Source: Candidatus Aminicenantes bacterium (GTDB lineage Bacteria; Acidobacteriota; Aminicenantia; JAMOAD01). Taken from it: a stretch of DNA of 64,000 bases. The position numbers and the translations under genes were made by a program. Where the stretch lies: assembly GCA_027067555.1 (NCBI GenBank), contig JAMOVU010000177.1, forward strand, positions 2,996 through 66,995, given 5' to 3'. Below the pieces are notes generated by a model. It did no database searches and was not told the origin of the DNA. It worked only from the letters and a program-made list of their open reading frames with translations. How positions within the stretch are numbered: position 1 is the stretch's first letter; every line of letters starts with the position of its first letter. This document shows, piece after piece, positions 1-9,846 of the stretch.

Positions 1-2
1 AG

Positions 3-455
3 ACTTATGCTTCTTTGATTGGTATTCCTTTTGCTCTTGCTTATAATAGGGAAGAATTGGATAAATATATTCGGATGTTTAATGATTATGATTTGATATT
101 TATTGATACTGTGGGAAAAAGAATTTCTGAAGAGAGTGTTAAAAGGGATTCAGAAATATTGGGAAAAGAAAGGATTAAAAAACTCCTTGTTCTGTCGGCT
201 ACAACTAAAAGTGAGGATTTAGTAGATGTTGTCAAAAAATATAAAATTATGGGGCCTCAATCAATAATTTTTACAAAAATGGATGAAACATTAAGCTTTG
301 GTAATATCTTTAATACCCTGGTAAAAGAGGGTTTGCCTCTCTCTTATTTTACCACAGGGCAGAAGGTTCCTCAGGATATTGAGGTAGCTTCTCCCGAAAA
401 ATTAACCAATCTTTTATTAAGGAGAGTGAAAAATGGATCAGGCAGAAACTCTTAG
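3..455 (+). CDS. flhF: Flagellar biosynthesis SRP-family GTPase FlhF, C-terminal part (5' truncated by window edge)
   Basis: Frame is open from the window start (TYASLIGIP...); DTVG (G3-like) and TKMDET (G4) motifs, TTGQKVPQDI; directly upstream of flhG-fliA. Confidence 0.9.
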   Translation, partial: TYASLIGIPFALAYNREELDKYIRMFNDYDLIFIDTVGKRISEESVKRDSEILGKERIKKLLVLSATTKSEDLVDVVKKYKIMGPQSIIFTKMDETLSFGNIFNTLVKEGLPLSYFTTGQKVPQDIEVASPEKLTNLLLRRVKNGSGRNS

Positions 456-1305
456 AAAAATTAAAAAGGAAAGAATTAAAAAAAGAGGAGTCTCTATGAA
501 AAAAATTGCAATAACATCAGGAAAAGGCGGAGTGGGAAAAACAAATGTAGTGATTAATCTTGCTATAGCTCTTCAGAGAAGAAAGAAGAAAATTACTATT
601 TTTGATGCTGATCTGGGTCTTGCAAATATAGATATCCTTTTAGGATTAACTCCAAAATATAATATTGTTAACCTTATTTCCGATAATTTACCTATTGAGA
701 AAATTATGGTTGATGGTCCGGAAGGTATAAAAATTATCCCTGCTTCTTCCGGAATTCAAGAAATAACAAATCTTGATCCGTATCAGGAAGAGAGATTAGT
801 ACAAGAGCTTTCGAATATAGAAAAATTTACAGATATACTTTTGATTGATACTGCAGCAGGCATATCTGATCTTGTTTTAAGCTTTTTAATGAGTTCTGAA
901 GAAATTATTTTGGTTACCAATTCAGAGCCTACCTCTATTGTGGATGCTTATGCTGTTGTTAAAGTGGTGTCAAAGTATGATATGGAAAAGCCTATCTCAG
1001 TTGTAGTGAACAGTGTAAAAACACAGGAAGAAGGAGAAAAAGTTTATAACCAGCTCAAAAATGCTGTTGATAGGTTTATTGGAAGAGAGATAAATTTGCT
1101 GGGATTTCTTCCCTATGATAAAGCTGTCGTAGAAGCTGTGAAAATGCAGAGAGCTGTTACAGAGGCATTCCCTGAAAGTGAGATTAGCAGGGCCTTCTCT
1201 AATTTATCAAGAATTGTCCTCAATAAGCTTACATGGAGGAAAAGTGAGGAAAATAATGCTGAAACATGGAAAAAAATGTTAAATTTTAATGAAAGTGAAA
1301 AATAG
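433..1305 (+). CDS. flhG: MinD/ParA-family ATPase FlhG/FleN
   Basis: Deviant Walker A SGKGGVGKT, DADLGLAN, DTAAG; flhF-flhG-fliA synteny. Confidence 0.92.
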   Translation: MDQAETLRKIKKERIKKRGVSMKKIAITSGKGGVGKTNVVINLAIALQRRKKKITIFDADLGLANIDILLGLTPKYNIVNLISDNLPIEKIMVDGPEGIKIIPASSGIQEITNLDPYQEERLVQELSNIEKFTDILLIDTAAGISDLVLSFLMSSEEIILVTNSEPTSIVDAYAVVKVVSKYDMEKPISVVVNSVKTQEEGEKVYNQLKNAVDRFIGREINLLGFLPYDKAVVEAVKMQRAVTEAFPESEISRAFSNLSRIVLNKLTWRKSEENNAETWKKMLNFNESEK

Positions 1306-2026
1306 TAATTTTGAAGAGCTTATTATGAAAAACCTGCCTTTGGTTAAGAATATTGCCATTAAAATTCATGGCACTTTGCCTAAAAGCATTGAGCTTGATG
1401 ATTTAATAAATACGGGAATATTGGGCTTAATAGATGCAATAAAAAAATATGATAAGAATTTTGGCTTAAAATTTGAGAGCTATGCCTCAATAAGAATCCG
1501 GGGAGCTATTCTTGATGAGTTGAGAAAATTGGATTGGCTTCCAAGATCTGCAAGGGAGAGGAAAAAAGAAATTGAAAGGGCATATCTTGAACTTGAAAAA
1601 AAAGATGGTAAACCTCCTACAGAGGAGCAGGTTGCCGAATATTTGGGAATAGAAGTGGAGAAATTAAGGGAGCTTCTTTATAGATACAGGGGGAATAAAA
1701 TTGGTAGTTTTTATGCATCCGGCGAAAAAGGTGAAAGTGGTGAGGAGCTTATACTTTATTATCTTGAAGATGAAAGAGAAGATTCGCCCGAGGCCAAAGT
1801 TACATACAAGGAACTTAGAGAGTCTCTTAAAAAGGCAATCTCCAATCTGCCGGAAAGAGAGAAGTTGCTTATTTCTTTGTATTATTATGATGATTTGAAT
1901 CAAAAAGAGATAGGAGAGGTTATGAATATTACAGAATCAAGAGTGTCACAGTTAAGGACACAGGCTATAATGAGATTAAGAGCTAAAATAGATGAATTTT
2001 TTAAGATTAAGAAAGGAGGGAAATAA
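1289..2026 (+). CDS. fliA: RNA polymerase sigma-28 factor FliA/WhiG
   Basis: DDLINTGILGLIDA, RIRGAILDELRKLDWLPRS, region 4 EIGEVMNITESRVSQL. Confidence 0.95.
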   Translation: MKVKNSNFEELIMKNLPLVKNIAIKIHGTLPKSIELDDLINTGILGLIDAIKKYDKNFGLKFESYASIRIRGAILDELRKLDWLPRSARERKKEIERAYLELEKKDGKPPTEEQVAEYLGIEVEKLRELLYRYRGNKIGSFYASGEKGESGEELILYYLEDEREDSPEAKVTYKELRESLKKAISNLPEREKLLISLYYYDDLNQKEIGEVMNITESRVSQLRTQAIMRLRAKIDEFFKIKKGGK

Positions 2027-3036
2027 TGGCTAAAATCCTTTCCCAGGAAGAAGTTGACGCTCTTTTGAACTCCTTTTTAGAGGAAGAGAAAGGAGGGAAA
2101 GAGAGTGTTGCTACAATTACACCGAAGAAATCTCCGAAAAGAGAGGAGAAAAAAGGTACTATCTATAATTTCAGAAGACCGGATAGAATTTCTAAAGATC
2201 AGATAAGATCAATACACTATTTACATGATAGATTTGCAAGAAATTTTTCATCTTCTCTTTCTGCTTACCTTCGTGCTCTGGTTGAAGTTAACCTTGTATC
2301 TGTTGAACAGTTAACTTATGCTGAATTTGTCTTATCCTTACCTGACCCAACATTTTTTAATGCGGTTTCTATGAGTCCTCTTGAAATAGGGGCTATTATT
2401 GAAGTTAGTCCTTCAATTGTATTCCCCATTATTGATAAATTGCTTGGTGGGTCAGGAGCTCCACATGAGGGGCCTTCAAGAGCAATCACAGAAATAGAAG
2501 TTAAATTAATGACTGGCGTTTTAAATTTGATGCTCAGAGACCTTAAAGAGGCTTGGAAGCAGATTATTGAACTTGATATGAGGATAACGGCTCAGGAAAC
2601 CTCTCCACAATTGATACAGATTGTTGCTCCGAATGAAGTTGTTGTACTAATAGTTTTTGAGATAAAAATGGGAGCATCTTCCGGAATGGTTAACTTTTGT
2701 ATTCCATCAATTGTTTTGGAGCCTATAGCGCAGAAGTTTTCGCAGGATTGGTATACAGGCAGGAGAAAATACTCTGAAGAAGAAATTTATAGGATTAGAG
2801 ATATTCTAAAAGAGGCAATTTTTGAAGTTTTCGGAGAGATAAAAGGGAAACCACTGACTTTAGAAGAGATTATGAATTTGGAGAAGGGTGATATTTTAAT
2901 GATAGAGAAAAAAGATTTTTTAAACCCTTTGATAGTGATCTCTGGAAAACCCAAATTTGTAGGAGAGCTTTTTGTTCAAGATGAAAGAAAGGCTGTAAAA
3001 ATAAAATCTATTATTAAGAGGTTTAAAAATGAATGA
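2026..3036 (+). CDS. fliM: Flagellar motor switch protein FliM
   Basis: N-terminal CheY-binding LSQEEVDALL, YNFRRPDRISKDQIR, C-terminal SpoA-like domain. Confidence 0.95.
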   Translation: MAKILSQEEVDALLNSFLEEEKGGKESVATITPKKSPKREEKKGTIYNFRRPDRISKDQIRSIHYLHDRFARNFSSSLSAYLRALVEVNLVSVEQLTYAEFVLSLPDPTFFNAVSMSPLEIGAIIEVSPSIVFPIIDKLLGGSGAPHEGPSRAITEIEVKLMTGVLNLMLRDLKEAWKQIIELDMRITAQETSPQLIQIVAPNEVVVLIVFEIKMGASSGMVNFCIPSIVLEPIAQKFSQDWYTGRRKYSEEEIYRIRDILKEAIFEVFGEIKGKPLTLEEIMNLEKGDILMIEKKDFLNPLIVISGKPKFVGELFVQDERKAVKIKSIIKRFKNE

Positions 3037-3910
3037 AGTGGTTAACGAATTATTAAAAAAACTGGTTAAAGAATCAATAACCTCTGTATTATCCATGCTT
3101 TTGGGAAAAGAGGTTGATTGCAAGGTGGATGATTTTGAAGAAGCAACGAAGGATGTTATTTTAAACAGGTTTGCAGAACACAAAAGAGTTGTTGTCTCAA
3201 TGTTTGAGCATAAGGAAAGTGGGGGAGAACTATACTTTATTCTCTCGGAAAAATTTGGAGGACTTGTTTCCAATTATATTATGGGAGTTGAGGAGGAGAA
3301 AGAAAGCATCGGAGATGAGGATATTGATGCACTTTCAGAAGTGGGAAATCAAGTTGCGAGCAATTTGGGCATAAGCCTTAAAGGTGAGCTTGATAAGGAT
3401 TTTAACTTTTCTCAGGCAAAAACAAATGTTATTGAGTTAGGTGAACTCTATGAGAAAATAAAAACAGATGAGGTGGATTTTTCAAATGTTGAAGTAAAAA
3501 TAGGGGATAAGAGTAACAATCTTATAATTGCAATGACAAAGGACTTAAGTGCTTATTTGGAAGGAGGGCACACAGAGAAGTCTCCTGCGGAAGTAAGTGG
3601 GGGTAGAGAGATGGAACCTATTCGTCCTTCTGAGCCTATGGATATTAATTCAAAAATTGAAATGCTTTTGGATGTTGAACTTCCTGTTGTTATAAGAATC
3701 GGAAAAACAGAGATGTATTTAAAGAATATTCTAAAATTAGGAACAGGTTCAATAATCCAGCTTGACAAAGTGGTAGACGAACCGGTAGAATTATTTGTTA
3801 ATGACAAATTAATTGCAAGAGGAGAAGTTGTTGTGGTAGATTCAAATTTTGCTTTAAGAATTACTGAGATAGTTAGTAAAGAGGAGAGAATCCGATCATT
3901 GGGAAAATAG
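3029..3910 (+). CDS. fliN: Flagellar motor switch protein FliN/FliY (CheC-like domain plus C-terminal FliN domain)
   Basis: C-terminal LLDVELPVVIRIG...GEVVVVDSNFALRITEI; CheC-like DALSEVGN motif. Confidence 0.88.
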   Translation: MNEVVNELLKKLVKESITSVLSMLLGKEVDCKVDDFEEATKDVILNRFAEHKRVVVSMFEHKESGGELYFILSEKFGGLVSNYIMGVEEEKESIGDEDIDALSEVGNQVASNLGISLKGELDKDFNFSQAKTNVIELGELYEKIKTDEVDFSNVEVKIGDKSNNLIIAMTKDLSAYLEGGHTEKSPAEVSGGREMEPIRPSEPMDINSKIEMLLDVELPVVIRIGKTEMYLKNILKLGTGSIIQLDKVVDEPVELFVNDKLIARGEVVVVDSNFALRITEIVSKEERIRSLGK

Positions 3911-3913
3911 AAA

Positions 3914-4741
3914 TTGAGTGTTTATAAAATCGAATATAATGATTTAAAAGAGCTGCAGATATTCTTGTACAAAAAAACCGGCTTATATTTTGAGGAAAGA
4001 AAGTTTGACTATTTGAGAATTAAACTTGAAAATCGTCTTGATAAGCTTAGAATTTATTCTTTGAAAGAATACTTAAATCTTTTGAAAACAGATCTAAAGG
4101 AAATCCAGCAACTAATAGATGAAATAACTATAAATGAAACCTATTTTATGCGTGAAATAGATGTTATCGATACATATTTTTCAAAGATAATTGGTTATAA
4201 TCATCACAATTTCTCAAGAATTAAAATTGTTTCCGCTGCTTGCTCTTCCGGAGAAGAGCCTTATAGTATTTCAATCTTGGTTATGGAAAAGTATCCGGCT
4301 TTGGTAGATAAACTTAATATATTTGCTTTTGATATTGATTCTAATGTAATTGAAAAGGCAAAAAAGGGTATTTATAGACAATTTTCATTAAGAGCGATAA
4401 ACAGAAGTACAATAGATAAATATTTTATAAAAAATAATGGTGAGTATAAAATAAATGATAAAATAAAAGAAACAGTTAGCTTTTACAATTTAAGTATTTT
4501 CGACCCTCGTGCTTACGAAATTATGGTAGGTAGTGATTTGATTTTAAGCAGAAATGTGCTAATATATTTTGGAATAGAATATAAGAGGAAAGCTGTGAAT
4601 CTCTTCTATGAATCCTTAAAAGATAATGGCTATTTAATTTTGGGTAGGAGCGAGTCGATTTACAATGTCAACAGTAAATTTGTTATGGTTCATTATCCTA
4701 ATGTTATCTTGTATAAAAAGGAGGTAAAGAATGGGAGTTAA
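3914..4741 (+). CDS. cheR: Chemotaxis protein-glutamate O-methyltransferase CheR
   Basis: TINETYFMRE, SAACSSGEEPYS, SRNVLIYF; TTG start. Confidence 0.93.
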   Translation: MSVYKIEYNDLKELQIFLYKKTGLYFEERKFDYLRIKLENRLDKLRIYSLKEYLNLLKTDLKEIQQLIDEITINETYFMREIDVIDTYFSKIIGYNHHNFSRIKIVSAACSSGEEPYSISILVMEKYPALVDKLNIFAFDIDSNVIEKAKKGIYRQFSLRAINRSTIDKYFIKNNGEYKINDKIKETVSFYNLSIFDPRAYEIMVGSDLILSRNVLIYFGIEYKRKAVNLFYESLKDNGYLILGRSESIYNVNSKFVMVHYPNVILYKKEVKNGS

Positions 4742-5561
4742 AATTGAAGATATAGTAAGAAAAATAGGTTCTCTTCCCCCTTTGCCGACTATTGCAATGA
4801 AGTTGATTAGTCTTTTAAACAACCCTGATACAAAGGTGTCGGATCTTACAGAAATAATATCAAAGGATCAGGCTCTGACGGCAGATATTTTGAAAATAGT
4901 TAATTCACCTTTTTATGGTTTGAGGAAAGAGATTGTTTCCATATCTCAGGCAATTAATTATCTTGGTTTTATGAATCTTAAATCTCTTTTGTTAGCCTTA
5001 AATACTAAGAAGTTTATTCAGAGTGGTGATTTAAAAGATGTGATTTTATGGAAGCATTCGCTTTCAACAGGATTATTTGCAAAGTATATAGGTGAGAAAA
5101 TCAAAGTATATAATCCGGAGGAGCTTTTTGTCACAGGCCTTCTCCATGATATAGGAAAAACTGTTCTGAGAAGAAAAGTTGCTCATGTTTACGATCCCAT
5201 TATTGATGAAGCTTACTCTGCTGGTAGAAATTTTGAAGGGCTTGAGAAAGCTGTTTTAGGTTTTACCCATAGTGATGTTGGGATGCTTTTGGTGCAGGAA
5301 TGGAATTTGGGGGAGAGGATGAAAACAGTTATATTTTATCATCACCATCCGGAATTGGCCACTGAATATAATCAGGAAACAGCTGTTGTTTATCTTGCGG
5401 ATCAATTGAGTAATTTTAATGGTTTTGGTTTTTATAGGGATTTTAACATAAGTTATAATGATGCAATGATGAGTGTTTTAGGTTTAAATGAAGAAATGAT
5501 TGGGAGCTTTAATGAGGAATATAAAGATAAAATAGAGGAGGAGATAGGAGTTTTCTTATAA
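4731..5561 (+). CDS. HDOD domain protein
   Basis: LPPLP..., DQALTADILKIVNSPFYG, LWKHS, GLLHDIGK, GFTHSDVG. Confidence 0.92.
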   Translation: MGVKIEDIVRKIGSLPPLPTIAMKLISLLNNPDTKVSDLTEIISKDQALTADILKIVNSPFYGLRKEIVSISQAINYLGFMNLKSLLLALNTKKFIQSGDLKDVILWKHSLSTGLFAKYIGEKIKVYNPEELFVTGLLHDIGKTVLRRKVAHVYDPIIDEAYSAGRNFEGLEKAVLGFTHSDVGMLLVQEWNLGERMKTVIFYHHHPELATEYNQETAVVYLADQLSNFNGFGFYRDFNISYNDAMMSVLGLNEEMIGSFNEEYKDKIEEEIGVFL

Positions 5562-6436
5562 TGGATAAAGTAAAAGCTTTTTTAAACAGTGTAAAAGATT
5601 TGCCTGCTTTTCCGAAAAGTGCTATTGAATTTATGAAATTAAGTAAGGATCCTAAGACATCTTTAAATGATATAGGGAAATTTATCAGTAAGGATACTAC
5701 TTTATCGACAAAAATCTTAAAATTGGCTAACTCTCCTTTTTACAATAGAGGTAGGGAAATAAAATCTATAAATCAAGCGGTAGTTCTTCTTGGTCTTGAT
5801 ATTATAAAAGGAATTGTTTTATCTCTTTCTATTATAAGAATGTTTCCTCTTAGAGTAGGTGGACGGGAATTTGATAGAACTCTTTTTTGGGACCACTCTG
5901 TTGCTTCTGCTTTTATTGCCAGAAAACTTTCAAAGGAGTTCTCATTGTGGGATCCTGAAGAAGCATACACGGCTGCTCTTATTCATGATATAGGAAAACT
6001 TCTTTATAATCAGTTCTTTCCCGATGATTATACAAGGGTTGTCAAAAGAGCTCTTAGTGAAAATAAAAGATATATTGAGATTGAGAAAGAGGAGTTTGGA
6101 TACACTCATGCTGAATTTGGTTTTAAAATAGCAGAAAAGTGGAATCTTCCAATTGAGCTTAAAGAAGCTATAAGGTATCATCATAAACTTGAGGAGGAAG
6201 CAAAAAACAAACTTCTTGTGGCAATTGTAGGGTTTTCAAATATTTTTTCAAAACAGATTGGCTATAATTTCCCATGGGAGTTTGAGCCTCTCGTTTTAAG
6301 TGAAAATGTATTTTGGCAGGAAATGGTAAAGCATAATCCCAAGCTCAAGAATATAGATGAAGCATTTTTTACCTTTGAAATGAGAGAAATGAAAGAAAAG
6401 ATAGAAGCTTTGATAAAAGAATCTTTGGAGGGATAA
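5561..6436 (+). CDS. HDOD domain protein (second, tandem)
   Basis: LPAFP, ILKLANSPFY, FWDHS, ALIHDIGK, GYTHAEFG. Confidence 0.92.
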   Translation: MDKVKAFLNSVKDLPAFPKSAIEFMKLSKDPKTSLNDIGKFISKDTTLSTKILKLANSPFYNRGREIKSINQAVVLLGLDIIKGIVLSLSIIRMFPLRVGGREFDRTLFWDHSVASAFIARKLSKEFSLWDPEEAYTAALIHDIGKLLYNQFFPDDYTRVVKRALSENKRYIEIEKEEFGYTHAEFGFKIAEKWNLPIELKEAIRYHHKLEEEAKNKLLVAIVGFSNIFSKQIGYNFPWEFEPLVLSENVFWQEMVKHNPKLKNIDEAFFTFEMREMKEKIEALIKESLEG

Positions 6437-7549
6437 ATGGAGAAAATAAAAGTTTTAATTGTAGATGATTCTTCCTTTCTTAGAAAAATAATGAAAAAAA
6501 TAATGCAGGAAAGTGGTAAAATAGAAGTTATTGGGGAAGCTGCTAATGGTAAGGAAGCTATAGAGAAAGCAGCGGAATTAAAACCTGATATTATTACTCT
6601 TGATATTAACATGCCTGTAATGAGTGGTCTTGAAGCTCTTGAGATAATAATGAAAGAGAACCCCATTCCTATAATAATGGTAAGTTCTTTAACTACAGAA
6701 GATGCGGAAGTTACATTTGAGGCGCTTGAAAAAGGAGCTGTCGAGTTTTTCCCAAAGCAGGCAAAAGATTTTAACGCAAATATAAAGTCCATAAGAGAGG
6801 AGTTGATTCCAAAAATAGAAAATATTGCAAGAAAAAAGAGATTGTTTGGATTTCCATTTGGAACCACATCAGGGGTGAGAAGGAAACCCTCTGTTGAAAA
6901 GGTAATAGAAAAGAAACCGGAAAAAATTGAGCCTAAGACAATAGAATTAATTGTGAAAGAGCCTATTGAACTTGTTGTTGTGGGCTCTTCAACCGGAGGT
7001 CCGAATGCTTTGCAAACTCTTTTAACCTCACTTCCTGCGGATTTTCCTGCAGGAATTATAATTTCTCAACACATGCCTGCTACTTTTACAGGTGCTTTTG
7101 CTGATAGAATGAACAGATATTCAAAAGTGCAGGTTAAGGAAGCTAAAACCGGCGATAAAGTTGAAAAAGGGGTGGTACTAATTACTCCGGGAGGGCAGCA
7201 TATGTATCTTAAGAAGTACAGAGCGGGTGCTCCTGAAGTTATTATTTCAGAAGAACCAAAATCTGCGATATATAAACCCTCTGTTACTGTTATGGCGAAG
7301 TCTGTTGCAGAGAATTACACCAAAAGGACAGTAGGGGTAATGCTTACCGGAATGGGGAGCGATGGTAAGGATGGTTTTGTGGAGATGAAAAAAAGAAATA
7401 GGGCAGTTATTATTGCCCAGAATGAGGAAAGCTGTGTTGTGTACGGAATGCCAAAGGCAGTTGTCGATGCAGGAATAGCGGATTATGTACTTGATATAAA
7501 AGATATTGCTCCTACTTTAGATAAAATTGTTAGAGGTAAGAAAAGTTGA
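6437..7549 (+). CDS. cheB: Chemotaxis response regulator protein-glutamate methylesterase CheB
   Basis: N-terminal REC domain (VDDS, TLDINMP); methylesterase GSSTGGP, SQHMP, LTGMGSDG. Confidence 0.96.
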   Translation: MEKIKVLIVDDSSFLRKIMKKIMQESGKIEVIGEAANGKEAIEKAAELKPDIITLDINMPVMSGLEALEIIMKENPIPIIMVSSLTTEDAEVTFEALEKGAVEFFPKQAKDFNANIKSIREELIPKIENIARKKRLFGFPFGTTSGVRRKPSVEKVIEKKPEKIEPKTIELIVKEPIELVVVGSSTGGPNALQTLLTSLPADFPAGIIISQHMPATFTGAFADRMNRYSKVQVKEAKTGDKVEKGVVLITPGGQHMYLKKYRAGAPEVIISEEPKSAIYKPSVTVMAKSVAENYTKRTVGVMLTGMGSDGKDGFVEMKKRNRAVIIAQNEESCVVYGMPKAVVDAGIADYVLDIKDIAPTLDKIVRGKKS

Positions 7550-7971
7550 TTAATTATATACAAATTATTCTTGATGTTATTTTTATTATTTTAATAATTT
7601 TTCTTTTATATAGAACAAGATCATTATCAAAACTTCAAACATTAATAAAAAATTCAAAAAAAGATTTTGAATCTCTTTTGTTAGAGGGTAAGAAATGGGG
7701 GGATGAAATAATAAAAAAAATAGATATCAGAGAAAAAGAAGCGAGAGACCTTTTAATCAAACTGGAAAATGCTCATAAGAAACTTCTTGAAGAGGAAAAG
7801 AAGCTTATTATTGAAACTCCTGATATTGAAAAAACCAAAAGTGTTTTACTCCTTTACAATCAGGGCTTATCAAAAGAGGAGATTGCTAAAGGGTTAAATA
7901 TCCCGAAAGGAGAGATTGATTTAATTTTAGATTTAATTAACTTTATAAAGAAAAGTAATAAATTGTCGTAG
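7546..7971 (+). CDS. Flagellar-operon membrane-anchored coiled-coil protein with C-terminal HTH-like segment (DUF2802/DUF6115-like)
   Basis: N-terminal TM helix, coiled coil, LYNQGLSKEEIAKGLNIPKGEIDLIL; last gene of the operon. Confidence 0.65.
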   Translation: MINYIQIILDVIFIILIIFLLYRTRSLSKLQTLIKNSKKDFESLLLEGKKWGDEIIKKIDIREKEARDLLIKLENAHKKLLEEEKKLIIETPDIEKTKSVLLLYNQGLSKEEIAKGLNIPKGEIDLILDLINFIKKSNKLS

Positions 7972-7972
7972 T

Positions 7973-8560
7973 TTACTTTAAGAGCTTAATTATAAAAAAA
8001 CCACCTATAAGAAGAATAACAAAGGCTATTGATAGAATATTAAAGTATTTGTCTATAAATGATTTGATTTTAGCCCCATAAAAATAAAAAAGAGTGGAAA
8101 TTATAAAAAATCTTGCCGATCGGCTTAAAGCTGAGGCTATAAAAAAAATAAGAAAGTTTATCTTCCAGAACCCCGATGTAATTGTTATTAATTTGTACGG
8201 AATTGGAGTAAATCCTGCAATTCCAACGATCCATGCTGAATATGTATTGTAAAGCTCTCCCAGATGGGTGAATTTGTCTGTGAGATGGTAGAATTTTATA
8301 ATCGGTTTTCCTATTGTATCAAATAAAAAATAGCCAATTCCGTAACCGGCGATTCCACCCAAAATTGAGCCAATGGAGGTTATTACCGCGAATTTGAATG
8401 ATTTTTTTGGCTTTCCAACTTCCATTGCCATCATTAATACATCTGGCGGAATAGGAAAAAAGCTTGATTCAGCAAAAGCATTGAGAAAAAGTGCCCATTC
8501 GCTGTAGGGGGATTCTGCCCAGCTCAAGACTTTATCATACCATCTTTTTAAAAATCTCAT
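7973..8560 (-). CDS. YqaA/DedA (VTT domain) membrane protein
   Basis: AFAESSFFPIPPD, GFTPIPYK motifs; follows surE. Confidence 0.9.
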   Translation of the reverse strand: MRFLKRWYDKVLSWAESPYSEWALFLNAFAESSFFPIPPDVLMMAMEVGKPKKSFKFAVITSIGSILGGIAGYGIGYFLFDTIGKPIIKFYHLTDKFTHLGELYNTYSAWIVGIAGFTPIPYKLITITSGFWKINFLIFFIASALSRSARFFIISTLFYFYGAKIKSFIDKYFNILSIAFVILLIGGFFIIKLLK

Positions 8561-9296
8561 TTTCTCTCTCTTTTAAAATTTTGTACAGATTACTATCAAA
8601 AAAGTTCAAGGAGAGGGGTGTAATTGAAACAAAACCATTTTCAACAGCTTTCACATCACTTTCATTCTCTCCGAAAGTTGTTATCTTGCCGGGACCTATC
8701 CAATAATATTTATTCCCTCTTGGGTCCTGTTTTTCTATTACTTCCGCATCATATCTTTTATGACCGAGTTTTGTAAATTTTACACCTTTTGGAGAATAGG
8801 GGACATTTATTGAAAGTATGTTCCCTTCTGGAAGGGGATTGTCTAAGAGGAATGGGATGAGCTCTTTTAGAACTTTTACTGCTGAATCAAAATCATATTC
8901 TCCCTCTTGATTATCTATTACGGAAATTGCTATAGCCTGGATCCCTAAAAGAGATGCCTGAAAAGCTCCGGCTACTGTCCCCGAATATATCGTATCCTCT
9001 CCTACATTGGGACCATGATTTATTCCAGATATGACTATATTCGGTTTTTCCTTTAAAAGAACCTTTGTTGCAAGATAAACGCAGTCTACCGGTGTTCCCG
9101 AAACAGCATAATGGTAATCATCAACTTTGCTTATTCTCAACGGGGAGTTTGTTGTAATACTAAAAGAAACAGCACTTTTTTCTCTATCCGGAGCTACAGT
9201 GTAAACATTTCCAAATTCCTTTACTCCATTCTCAAGCCTTTTAATACCTTCTGCGAAAATTGAATCATCATTGGTTATTAAAATATTTTTTTTCAT
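8535..9296 (-). CDS. surE: 5'/3'-nucleotidase SurE
   Basis: ILITNDD, SGTPVDCV, SGINHGPNVG, YSGTVAGA; ATG at 9296 has an upstream GAGGA SD, and the longer ORF-track start overlaps the tRNA. Confidence 0.95.
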   Translation of the reverse strand: MKKNILITNDDSIFAEGIKRLENGVKEFGNVYTVAPDREKSAVSFSITTNSPLRISKVDDYHYAVSGTPVDCVYLATKVLLKEKPNIVISGINHGPNVGEDTIYSGTVAGAFQASLLGIQAIAISVIDNQEGEYDFDSAVKVLKELIPFLLDNPLPEGNILSINVPYSPKGVKFTKLGHKRYDAEVIEKQDPRGNKYYWIGPGKITTFGENESDVKAVENGFVSITPLSLNFFDSNLYKILKERENEIFKKMV

Positions 9297-9320
9297 AAAT
9301 TTCCTCTTAAATGAAAAAAA

Positions 9321-9394
9321 TCGGGACGAGTGGATTTGAACCACCGGCCCCACGCACCCCAAGCGTGTGCGCTACCAGGCTGCGCCACGTCCCG
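9321..9394 (-). tRNA. tRNA-Pro(GGG); 3' CCA not encoded
   Basis: Reverse complement folds as a cloverleaf: acceptor CGGGACG/CGTCCCG, anticodon stem CACGC/GCGTG with loop TTGGGGT, T-loop GGTTCAAATCC. Confidence 0.95.
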
Positions 9395-9405
9395 ATAAAA
9401 TTCCC

Positions 9406-9795
9406 CTATGTTTTACTATTTTTTTTAAGTATTGTCAAGATCTCCTGAATTTCTTTTTTTATTTCCGAGAGTATTGATAAGTCTATAGTTTCTTTTGTTT
9501 TAGATGTTTTTTCTTTGCTTTGTTTTTTTATCTTTTTTTCTGTGGTAATCTCCTTGCCAATTATTTCTCTTGCTTCTTCTATTGATTTTCCTTCATTTAG
9601 GACAATTTCCTTTATTTTGAGAAAAATTAAGATATCCTCTCTTTTGAATAATTTTTCACCATCATGATTTGTTTCTATATTAAAAAATGGGAATTGTGTT
9701 ATCCAGTAGTTTATTACTCTTTTGGATAGATTGGTTATTTTTATAACTTCCCTTTCTCTAAAAAAAAGTTTTTCCGGTAAAGTGAAATTGTCCAT
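9406..9795 (-). CDS. MerR-family HTH transcriptional regulator
   Basis: LFFREREVIKITNLSKRVINYWITQFP resembles a MerR wHTH; merR-tRNA-Pro-surE is a familiar conserved order. Confidence 0.75.
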   Translation of the reverse strand: MDNFTLPEKLFFREREVIKITNLSKRVINYWITQFPFFNIETNHDGEKLFKREDILIFLKIKEIVLNEGKSIEEAREIIGKEITTEKKIKKQSKEKTSKTKETIDLSILSEIKKEIQEILTILKKNSKT

Positions 9796-9846
9796 ATCCT
9801 ATTATTATTTAAAATTTTCTTTTTTTCAAGCCTGAGTTAATGTGTT

